Assembly (NCBI GenBank): GCA_964016885.1
Contig: OZ024740.1
Coordinates: 398,846,001-398,910,000 of the forward strand
DNA length: 64,000 nt
Reading direction: 5' to 3'
DNA from: Eledone cirrhosa
Taxonomy: Eukaryota
The position numbers were made by a program, and so were the translations under genes. Below, in pieces: positions 38,738 through 50,076 of this stretch. The notes beneath the pieces are model-generated. The model was given only the letters and a program-made list of their open reading frames with translations, ran no database searches and was not told the origin of the DNA. Position 1 is the stretch's first letter; the number at the start of each line of letters is the position of its first letter.

Positions 38738-39880
38738 GTATAGTAAATAGTATAGAAAAATGTAATAGTAATGGCCTCCTCTTCATCAAAGTCTATAGTG
38801 CACATGACCTAGTGATGATGAACACTACATTCCGCCTTCCAGATTGCAGCAGGATAACATGCATGCATTGTCGATTCAAGCACTCACACAAGACGTACTG
38901 ACAAACAAGATGTTCTGGCTACTAGAGTTATGCATGGAGCCAAATGTTGGACCCCTAATATATTAGTGATATCCAGATATGCCGTTGTCGTCAAAACTAA
39001 ACAAATACAACACAGCAATATAACGCTTAAGAAATTTAACACTATCAAATTGAAACAAGCAGATAATGCTCAAATCCTTACCAATGATCTCAACACTAAA
39101 TTATCCAACCTACACTATGGTGGAACAGTAGTTGAGAAACAATGGCAAGGCCGAGAGATCAGTTAAGAGGCGCAACGTTTGAACATCTAGATCTAGCAAT
39201 GAGAAGACATCAAGACTATTTTGACGAAAATGATGGCAAGATTCAAGGAAAAATAAAAACTCTTTGCTACATACCAGTTTGACCCAACTAATAGAGCAAA
39301 GAAAGCTGTATTCATAGAGAAATGCCTGAACCTACAGAAGTAATTAAGACCGACATGCAAAACTATCTGAAAAATAAAAAGCAAAAGAAATGCAGTATTA
39401 TGCTGATAAACATGATCGGAAGCGGTTTTAGGAACCACTGAAAAGCGTGCATGGTTCTCTAACCACAGGAACAGCACCTCTTCAAAGTGATGATGAATCA
39501 ACACTTCTCATAGATAGAGAGGTGGCCAAAACACTTCAACACTGGACATCAACAATAAATGAAGCCTCCGGTTGAAATGAACTTCGAAACAGACAATCAT
39601 CCCACTGAAGTAGAATCACCAAAAACCATTAAGTAATAGTCCTGTGGCAAAGTTACTAGATCAGACACTACACCAACAGAAACTTACAAATATGGCGAAC
39701 CCACTTTACACCGGAAGTTGATGGAACTATTCCGATCCTTCTGGAACCAAGGCTCCTACAAGAGTCCACATATACAAGCGCAAATGAAATACCCATCGTG
39801 GTATCTCTTACTGTCCATTGCTCGAAAGATCGTGTAATGAATTCATTACACCACAAATTATTTGCCGAAAGAACTTTCAA
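38738..39880 (+). mobile_element. Decayed RTE LINE (AP endonuclease to pre-RT region)
   Basis: KCNSNGLLFIKVYSAHDLVMMNTTFRLPD..ITCMHCRFKH resembles the RTE endonuclease; later traces include ERWPKHF. Many stops. Confidence 0.65.
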
Positions 39881-40479
39881 AGTGACGAATCAAAGCAACA
39901 TAGATTCTGGAAACATTTTGAAGATTTCTCACTGGCTTAGGATTCTTATTTGCTGTCATGAGACCGAAAGCTTTTAGAATGTTCTTAATTAATTTGGTGG
40001 TTACACCCAAATTTTGATGTGCAATGTGATAGGTTAAATGTCTTCAAACTCAAGGGCAACATAGATGATCATAGAAAGATTATGTTCAAAGAACAAGGCA
40101 AATCCCCTCACTTAGTATGTCCGAAGGTGGGGTGACTCTATTCTACATGATGCTTGCGGCTTGAACGTTTTTTATCATAGGTCAGCTCGATCAGGTTTGA
40201 CCTGGGGTTAAACAACACCAGTGTGAACTATTATAAATGCAGTTAACTCATCCAAATATTACTAGATCGATGAAACAATAAGGTAGTCCTCCAGTTATAT
40301 ATTTCACTCCACAGACTTTATAGTTAAATATTTCACGTCACACCATTCAGTCTTGAAAAAGGAAAGGCGAGTCTAAAAAAATAAAAACAGGATGGTCATT
40401 TATAGCTAGAACTCCTTCAACAATAGATACGGCTTGACCAGAACTGACCTGGGGATAAACAACAAAGCCTGCAAATTCC

Positions 40480-42680
40480 ACTTTGCTCCAACATACTCCA
40501 TGGAGACGTCCCGCGCTTCGACGACCAGCTCTCTACCAAGGGTTTTGCTGCAGCCGTCCAGGGTTCATCCAAATCGAAGCTCGTCAACCGGATCTCTAAG
40601 GGAGCTCGAAATAGCTTTGCACGTGTCCTCTCCAATCTATTGAAAAACGTTTGTTTATCCAACAATATGTTTGACTGGCAGAAACTGTTTTTGTTCCCTC
40701 TCATCTCACTTCACGCGCACAATGCGGAATCGGGCTCCCTCACGTCCTTTCTCAAGCAATAGTTCCAGCTGTTTGAGTCCACCAAAACCACTTCTCACCT
40801 CAGTTTGAAATCGAGCTCGGTGCCGATAAACCTCAAGTGTGCTGTTAATGCTAAATTCAGCGAATTTGTCATTAAGTGGGCTGTCCGTCTCCTCTCTTCT
40901 CTGTCCTCTCTCATTTCGTGTAATTCTGATTTTTTTTGAGCGACTGAAAGAGAAGCACCCATCGGAACCACCAAAATACTCGAGATCGGTCTACACCACT
41001 GATAACATCAGAAAGGCGACTACATTCTTCCCCGCTGGTTCAGGCGCGGGGATTGACGGCCTTCGACCTCAACACCTCAAGGATCGTACCTCCTTATCGC
41101 CCGGTGACACCAAACTCAAGCTATTGGAGAGTCTGACTCAGTTTGTGAATCGATTCTCTTCAGTGAACGTTCTCCCCTATATCCGCCCACTGTTCTTCGG
41201 CGCGAAATTATTCTGTCTCACTAAACCCAACAGAGACCTGCGCCCCATTGCGGTTGGTTGCACCCTTCGCCGACTTACTGCAAATGTGTGTTTGCTATCG
41301 GTCTCTGACTCACTGTCGGAGAAAATTTCCCCCATCCAGCTAGAGGTAGGCACCAAGCTGGGATGTGAGGCTGCTGCCCACGCTACCAGAGCCTTTACCA
41401 ACTTACCCTCCTTGTCCCTCAGGGTCATCTTCAAACTTTACCTCAAGAACGCGTTCAACTCCGTCGACTTAATCTTCGAAAGACTCGAGTGTTTGGTCAA
41501 TGTCAGACTCTCGCCAGCGTCCCGCGATCAGGCTGCGTTGCCCAAGCGATTTGAGGTCTTGGTCTTCGTAAATGTTCGTCCTTCTCTCCGCTTTGCTTCC
41601 TTTCTTCCACCCACACTTGCTCCACCCTGGTGAGAAACATCCTGTCCTCTCCAGCATGGACTAGTTCCAGCAGGGAGTTGGATGAAGCTCTCCAACGATG
41701 GAGTGAGTTGGGCTTGTCTGTTCCTGACAAGGTGGAGTACAGTCGAAGTCAGAGAGCTTGGGACAGAATAAATTCGAAGGCCACTTTCGACCAGTCGGAT
41801 CAGTTTTCAAGGTGTCACTTACTGCCAGCCAGATCAGTTTTGAGGGTGCCACTTACTGCTAGCGCCAAATACAGAGGCGACTGGGTTGATGCCCTACCCG
41901 TGGCTAACGTTGATGGCCTACTCAGCTTGGACGAACTTCATGTTTCCATTGTCCTCAGTGGGAGATGACGTCTGTACGGGCCTGAGGTGTCGATGTGGCA
42001 AACTCCTCGACTCCACAGTCTTTCTTATCGCCTGAATTCCGGTGGCTTCGCACGTCACACGGAGCTAAGCCTCATTTTCTAGAGAGCTTTGGCCCGGGCA
42101 CACATCCCCTCAATTTTGGAACCGTCTGGGTTGTCCAGAATTGATGGGAAAAGACCTGACGGCCTTACCCTGTGCCCCTGGTCGAGAGGTAATGCGTTAT
42201 CTGGGTTGTGACAGTTATGACTGGATGCCGCGGTTAGGGCGAGAACCACAGCTTCCGCAGCCAAAGAACAAAATACTAAAATACCGTGATCTGTCAGCCA
42301 ACTACATTTTCCAGCCTCTGGCGTTCGAGACGTTTGGGAGAGTCGGGTTACTGACTGCAAGATTCCTATCTTCACTGGCGGCTCGCCTAACCGAGGTAAC
42401 TGGTCAAGCTCTCGAGGGTGCTTGGTTGTTCCAGCGCATGAGCTTCGCCATCACCCGAGGTAGCTACGCGAGCGTGCTGGCTTGTCTCAAACATTATTAG
42501 AGAGGTTTCCCAGTGTTCCTCGCGATACTGTTATCTTTTACTCTGGTAGCGGCTCGATTGTCTACCCCTTTCGCTTGCCTTTTGCTGAATGTGGTCCCAG
42601 ATGTGTGAGCTAACTGCTTCTGTGAGTGTTTCTTTTTCTTTTCTCTTTCTTTTTTTTTCTGTTTTCCCTCTCCCTTTCCT
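40480..42680 (+). mobile_element. Non-LTR retrotransposon with restriction-like endonuclease (CRE-like), RT core deleted
   Basis: GC-rich block with GSGAGIDGLRPQHLKD, RPIAVGCTLRRL, GCEAAAHA and KLxLKNAFNSV, then [28 protein letters not shown] and FQRMSFAITRG; several frameshifts. Confidence 0.8.
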
Positions 42681-42690
42681 TTATATTATA

Positions 42691-43632
42691 CTAGCAGCAG
42701 GATCCGATGTTGCACAGGGTAGGAAACATGAAATAGCAACACGCATATGCAAAGATTGACGAATGTAGCTGTCTACTTTTTTAATTCCCTTAATTTCAGA
42801 GAATGATTGAGGAGCGACATAGTCAATTGTATGAGAACAAAATAGGGATGTACGTTTAAGTAGGGATATTGAGATGACGAAATCAGCGTGGCAACGCAGC
42901 TGCAGCAGAAGGGGTCATAGTGCAATTAGCACAAACGCTGGGCGGCACTGATTGCACTGCGTTTACACAACAACAAAGGTGCGACAAAAGGGGGTTACCG
43001 CAGAATTAGCACATACTTGCGCAGGGCGTTCATATTGCGGTGTAGGTGCAACAAAAGGTTTTTTAGTAGAAGTAGCACAGACGTGAGTTTTACGGTGTCA
43101 ATAACACGGCAACGTACACAGGGCCCGGATTTGCGCGTGATGAAAGCACGAAACATCAACAGGGCGCCGACAAAAATTTTAAGGTCCTCCTCATTTCCTC
43201 AATCCCCAAAATGGTCCTGCTTAAAAGTAAGTAAGTGTTGTGTCCTCTGTTAAATAAACCAAATTTTTTAACGAAATATTATACGCTACTTACGATGGTT
43301 AAGTAGAATTTATATTGAAAATGAAAATAGCATGTAATGCCCAATGTTAATTAGTAAATTTCCTAGAAATCATTAACGGAATCGGATTTTTTTTTGTCCA
43401 CGGCAGTACGAGGGGACTAACTAATGTGTGCTGGAAATTTCGAGGAAATCGGCTGGATTAAAACCTAAAAATGCCTAAAAAATGCGGTTTTTCGCCTAGG
43501 TTAGAAAAAGTTTAAATTCTTTTAGCCGATTGCACTTCAAGAAATATAAGTAACGCATGTGTAAAGTTTGAAAAAAATCGGTCGAATACTTCTCGAGTTT
43601 TAGGGATTTACACAGACAGACAGACATCCTCT
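42691..43632 (-). mobile_element. Non-autonomous Helitron-like element
   Basis: On the minus strand it begins with (GTCT)n..TTCAAACTTTAC and ends in a degenerate GC hairpin followed by CTAG|T. CpG-rich interior. The 5' TC terminus is not seen. Confidence 0.55.
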
Positions 43633-44494
43633 GTAAGCATTGTATCATTATATTTCTTTTTATACAAAAGTGAATAAAGTAAATTATTATTACTTAATAG
43701 TTCAACATATATGTACAAATGACATACAGGATTAAATGTATGAGTAACTTGGGAAAAATAACTATTTACAAGGGACAACTGTAGGGTTGTAATCTAAGAC
43801 CTTGTGATTGGAAAGCGAACTTCTTATTGTAGCATCATGACTGATATAGGGAATGTATTGTATATGAGTGTAATTTTTTTTTATCATGGTTCATGGATAG
43901 TGAGAATGGTAGATTAGGTAGGCTCCAGTTGGGTTTCGATGTTGTGGCACGACAAGAAATAAATGTTTTTAATTGTTACTATATGAACATGTGTGGAGAT
44001 TTGACAATCGAGTAAAACGACGAAAACTTCTTGAGATATAGATAAGAGAAACCAGCAGAATTAGATAATTTCAATGTCTTTTAAATGTCCTTGACACAAC
44101 TGAAGAGTCCCACCGAGCCTTTTTGGCATGGTTTCTACAGTGAGATGCCCATCCTATTGCCAACCACCTTAGGGTTACTGGGTGCATTTTTCGTGACACC
44201 AGCAGAACAGAGGTTGTTGGTCATTGACCCAACTGAAGAGGCTTCTCTACCCAACAGGGACGTAGAAAATGATAAATATGTTGTCATGGGGTGGTGAGTG
44301 GCTTGATAGTGCGGGATGTACTGTGATGATGACAGCTACTAGAGAAATGGCTACGACCAGTGTGGCAGGATTTTAGTAGTGTTTGATCTTGGTTAGAGTG
44401 AAAGAGGAGGTGGGTGTTCTTTGATAGAGATGGGGCAGTGACGGTGAGAATAGCACCACCACCTCATTCATACCCGTAGCTATTCTCACCATCA

Positions 44495-44529
<35 letters not shown>

Positions 44530-44564
44530 TATATAGATATTATATATATATATATATATATATA

Positions 44565-45220
44565 ATGGTGGGGCATTCGTCTGCGACTTCACAAAACTTA
44601 CGTTTACCGAATTCGTAGACCAGACCCCTTTATCTTCTTCTTCTTCTTCCTCTTCTCTCTTTTCTCCCCCCCCCCCGTCAAACTTGGGCGAAATTCTTTC
44701 CTTGCTCACATTTCAACCAGGTTTGATGGTCTTTTGTCTCTTGTTCACGATTTCACCGAGTTTATATTCATAGAGATCTGGGACTTGTCTATTTCTTCTC
44801 ACTTTCCGTTGCTTAAACTTTTTTGTTTGTTACCCTGGCGTCCCCTTTGTTTACGTGTCCCAACGACTTTTTTTAGCCGTTGTTCGCATCAACCTGAGGC
44901 ATATGGCCCTTAAAGCGATGAAATGCCTGGGACGGTTGGAGGGTCACTGATGAAGGACCTACTTTTTCACATGCCCCACCATTTGCAACGGGCAGCCTAT
45001 TATTTTTATATATATATATAACTTTGTCTACACTGAAAAGATTATAGATGTTCGTTGTTGCTGATAACTATTTTTTGTTTGTTATTTATTTCGTCCTTTG
45101 CTCTGAATCCTGATTACAATTATCATAGCTTCACATTTGTACTATGTACCGAGTTAGAGATCCTTATCTGGCATAGTCGACGGGCCACAAGTAAAATTAT
45201 TCAATAAATAAATAAAATAA
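44565..45220 (+). mobile_element. Unclassified repeat next to a TA microsatellite (probable retroelement 3' end)
   Basis: CpG-rich, pyrimidine-rich segment ending in an (AATA)n tail, placed directly after (TA)n. Confidence 0.35.
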
Positions 45221-45582
45221 AACAAGCTAACGAACTAATTAAAAACAAGCAAAAAAACAAAAACAAAAAACCCACCAGCAGCAACAAGGAAATGAAATGA
45301 GAAAATTAATCTGAACCTATATTGTAAATTCTTCAGTTGTTGGTAGTTAAACCAATTCAAACACACTACACTACAAGGTCTCCAATTTGAGAAGTATTTT
45401 GTCACTAGTTATTTTCCCGCCGACCGTCATAACACTTAATCCCACTGGGATTATAATCCTTTCTTTTTCCTTTTTAACAAGTGTTTTTTCTTCCCTTATT
45501 GTTCTTTCTTTGGATTATTACTTCGTTCTTTATTTACCTTTATATTATTCATTTGAAAACAATCAACGTTTAGTTTTCAACG

Positions 45583-45654
45583 ATGAGAGGAGCTGAGTAT
45601 GCCGGCTACTTGGATATCAAGTTACCAACAAAGAGCCGCGCAAAACGCACTAAG
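45583..45654 (+). CDS. DOK-family adaptor (PH + PTB), coding exon 1
   Basis: ATG..MRGAEYAGYLDIKLPTKSRAKRTK carries the PH beta-1 GYL motif. The AAG|gtatgt donor is phase 0 and joins AWVNRWIVL. Not in the ORF track. Confidence 0.8.
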
Positions 45655-47183
45655 GTATGTTTGATTTGTTAACTTAATATATCAAAGAATTATTTTATTG
45701 TGATAATTATTAATTCTTATAAATTTGGGTATCACTGTTTATGTTACTTTATGACCAAAAGTTAAAACCCCCCAAATAAACTAATGCTGAAAGTCACTCA
45801 CACATAACACCCACCAAACAAAAAGAAAGCGGATCATAATACGGTATCCCATTGTTCACAGTTCAATTCAAATCAATTCTGAAATCGTTAACGATTATTA
45901 AGGGGGCTTGTATCTTATTTTATGCAAGATATTGATTTGTATTACTAATATTCTAACGCTTATATATCTTGAATTTGAAAGGGAATCTTTAATTTTCTAA
46001 TTACAATTATATAGGCTATTCAAGCTGGAGTGGAAATTACAACGATGTGAATTCTAATTTCTAGTCCAATTATCTCCAAATATTTTCACGCCTTCTGTTA
46101 TATCTATAGTAAATGTGAATGTTTGTCTGTTTGATGTAAAACAGTATCAACATTTCTCACTGTAGCTTCACAAAATGTAACAGAGATCTAGACCCAACCC
46201 ACAATTGCGGCACCTTGGAGTAAAAAGGGCAACTTTAAGAAAAGACGAAGAAAGCCAGATAGTATTTTTTTTTAACGATCGACAATATCTCAGACCTTAT
46301 TCGCTTACCGAATGGGGTGGAATTCGTCAAATCGGACCAACGAAAAATGTTTCCATTGGTCTTTCCATTGCTCATACCAGACCTGTCAACTCTCCCCGTC
46401 CGACGGGGGAGATCTCCCACCTATTTGGGGGAGGGTGAAAGACGTTTTCTCTTGTTAAAATGAGTATAGCTTTCATTATGTAAAATCTCATCATTTTACC
46501 TCATTTCTCTTCATTTTGGGACTCCCCGTGAGAAAGAGACAGGTGAAGATCTATAAAATATGTAGCGGTGGATATTTCGCCATATCCACACACGAGTCGA
46601 ACATCACACTTACATGTCTGTGTGTTAGCATGCAACTGAAATGGTTGAGGCAATGTGTGTGTGTGTGTGGTTATGCATATAGTATACAAACTACATGCAG
46701 GAGATGCACAACAATTAAAACAGATATTTCCTGCATGAGATTGATGAATAAATGTTGAAAGTAGTAAAGAAAAATGATTGCGAAAAGCATATTTGATACC
46801 AAAAGAATTCATACAGTGAGAAAGTCTTGTCCCATTGTTTGTTTAGAGTAGGGGGAGAAAAAATATAAAAACATGAGTTCAAACAGTTCTTTTATTAATG
46901 CTTTTCTTTCTTCTGTGCTCTGTTTCATGTTGTTGTCACAGAGTTGCTTTTGTTTTGGTTATCAGAAGGCTGCCTCTTGAAAAATGTTTTTGTTTTAAAA
47001 CGTTGATGTTCGTTTAGATGATCAGAAGATTGTTGTGTGTTTGAAAAATCTATTCGTTAGCGAAAGTTGTGTTCGTACAATGTATTGTTGTTTTTCATAA
47101 CAGAATGTTGCTTTTTTGAAAACGTTCTTTTTTTTAAATTCAAAATATTTTATTCACAGCTGTATAAATAGCATTATAAATTT

Positions 47184-47302
47184 CTGAGTTCAAATCCCGC
47201 CGAGGTTAACTTTGCCTTTCATCCTTACAGGGTCGATAAAATAAAGTACCAGTAATACACTGGGATAATTGCTAGCCTTGTGCCAAAAGTAGAAACAATT
47301 AT
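47184..47302 (+). mobile_element. SINE S1, 5'-truncated
   Basis: B box through tail of S1. Confidence 0.85.
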
Positions 47303-49856
47303 AAATTTATATAACTCATTGAACAATAATGATTAAGGGAAAAAAAGGGAGGGGGAGTCACCACAGAGTGTGACAATCGGCCGCACCTGTTAATGGGTTC
47401 GTTGTCGTCATCGATCAGAATTGAATTTGTTGATTTTTGTAGCTGTTATCGAGTCTGGTGTTGAAAGTGATTGTTGTTGCCACCGACGCTGTTATTGTTG
47501 TATGGACAGTTAGTATGGATGTTAGTAAGTCAGGATCACTAACAGTGGCCAGGCAGTTAGACTGTACCAGATTATTACTTTTAACCTTCGATGAATGTAT
47601 GATGTTGAAATAAAAGTAATAATTTCTTGATCTGTTAATAGTTGAAAACACTTTGCAATTAACTAATATTTCAACTTTCTGACACTTTGAATAATGGCAA
47701 AGGTATTCTGTTCGCTCAAATGTTGTTTTTGTTTATGAGTAGTTAATGTTCTTAAAAAATAAGATATAGGACAATTATTTTGCAATAGTATACAAGACAT
47801 GGTCACCTCAGAAACATCAGTTTCAAGTACAAATATTTCAGATTCATCAATTATATTAATTGTAGCTTTAAGTTTATGAGATTTAAGACTATAAAAATTG
47901 TTGTGATCTGTTATAGGTTCATGAGAAAATAAATCTTGCTTATATCAATAGATTAGAATCTACTGGGTATTGTGTAACATTTCCAACAACTTTTGAAGTT
48001 ATTTTTTCATTATTAAGATGATAACAATTCCATAATGCTTCTTACATTTGCTGGTTTGAGTTCCGTTAGAAATTTTACATCCCAGAAAATGGTTTCTATA
48101 TACATTTATACTCATTTAACCCTTTTATGACTGTATTTCTAATAAAATATGCTCTATTTGAATTAATTAATGAAGGATTTATTAAAATTTTAAATTTTAG
48201 TAATTATTAGCTTAACATATAGTTTTATATAAAATTATGTCATAAGATTTTAATTTTATTAGGAACCCTTTAAAATAGATTGTTTGTTACATAGAACCAA
48301 AGCCTGTTTTGACAGGATTGGTATCGAAAGAGTTGAAATAAGTTGATAGTTTTTGATAGCTTTATTAAACTTTATTGAACTTTATAGCTTTATTAAACTT
48401 TATTGAACATAGGTTAGTATGAACCAAACGCATATGCTTAGGAATAGCTTAACTCCATTAAACTCACAATATTGTTGCACTAATGTTTTTGGAGGAAGTG
48501 TCTACAAAAAATGATCATTTAGCACAAATTTAATATAATTGACATTTTTATTCTTTGATTCCTAGTTCCTAAGATACAACCAGATAGAGAAGAGTCAGCC
48601 ATAGTTATGCTCAAACATTATAATGGCTTAGCTGATGAAAGATTCCAAACTGCCAATGTCTGTCAAAGTGTTGCACATCTTCCTCTCAACTTGAAGTAAT
48701 GGTAGTAGAACAACATATGGCAGGCACAGTTGTGAAATTAGAGGTGTCTGGTGTATTAGAATCGTTCACTAAAAATAACTTTCCTTTTTTTCCTGTTATA
48801 ATTTGTTTACTATAATTTCTACGCTAAGCTTTGGGAGCAGGATAGTTGTATTAAGGATGACATTTATAGCCAGAGAAAAAGCTGCCATAATAATGTTTTT
48901 GGAAGCTTTAGTTTGATAAGAGTTATCTGGTGACATCTTAGCTATTGTTTATACAGGTCATTGTTTTTCGGTACAAATTTCAAGGCATAGTAGTTTTCTA
49001 TTCCAAAGGCATATTTTTAAATAGTTGTTAGATGTGCTGAGTTGCTTAATCACTAATAAGAGCTGTAAAGTGGATGTGTAAAAGATACAGTAAAAAGCCC
49101 CCAGCACACACTGTAAATGTGGTTGGCGTTAGGAAGGGCATCCAGCTGTAGAAAGCCAGCCAGAAACTCTCCTATATGAGCGAGACATGGTCACCCGACC
49201 CAACTTGCCTCTAAATGGGACAAACCCATCGAACCCATGCTAGCGCGAAAGATAGACGTTAATTGACGATGATGATGATGAAGAGTATCCGTGATTGATT
49301 TTTCACAGTGCTAATCTGTAATGATAGTTTGAAATTATAATTCTTGCTAAGAGTTTGCAAAGCTCAAAGGAATTTGTCAATTGATTCCGCTGATGCTTGG
49401 CCAAAAAGATAGCATGTAAAAATCTTATTGGGTGGTTATTCTGTTGAATAAAGCTTTCAAAGGTAAAGGACTTCTTGCAATTACAACTTTGTGTTTGGAT
49501 TAGCACTTTACTGCAGGACTCCATTATTAAACTTTAACAAGCACATTACCGAACACATATGTATATTTGTCTGGCTACTGCTCTTGCTGATAAATTTAAC
49601 TGAATAACTAGGAATTAGCTTTATTCAGTAAGAACAGAATGGAAAACAAAATACAGATATATGACATGCAACAGAAAACTATAAGCAATCATCACAATGT
49701 AGTCCTAAATACAGTATGGCTAAAGAAATTAAAGGAATAGTCACAACTGGATGCCTTTCATTATAGGTCTACTTAATCAGGAATGATATGATGCTACACG
49801 AGAAGAAACAGCAACAGTTCAAAGTAAACCTTATTCACATTAACACTGTCCAGTTG

Positions 49857-50076
49857 ATAATTGTTTCTACTTTTGGCAAATGGCCACCAATTTAAAAGGA
49901 AGAGGAAAGGCGATTAAATCGACCTCAGTGTGTTACCAGTACTTTATTTTAACAACCCCATAAGTAGGAAAGGCAAAGCTAACCTCAACAGGATTTAAAC
50001 TCAGAATGTAAAGGGCTGTAATTATATATCACAAAGCATGTTTTCCGACACTCTACTCATACTGCCAATCCACTGC
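49857..50076 (-). mobile_element. SINE S1 (diverged)
   Basis: Reverse complement of S1. Further partial copies at 50600-50757(+), 51370-51503(+) and 53915-54078(-). Confidence 0.8.

Noticed and set aside
44940-44975. CTGATGA as a hammerhead core
   Set aside because: No downstream stem II or GAAA.
46375-46555. Possible hAT MITE (CAGACCTGTCAAC...GACAGGT)
   Set aside because: Right terminus too degenerate and no TSD.
48356-48408. Short tandem duplication ATAGCTTTATTAAACTTTATTGAAC
   Set aside because: Ordinary slippage duplication with no functional indication.
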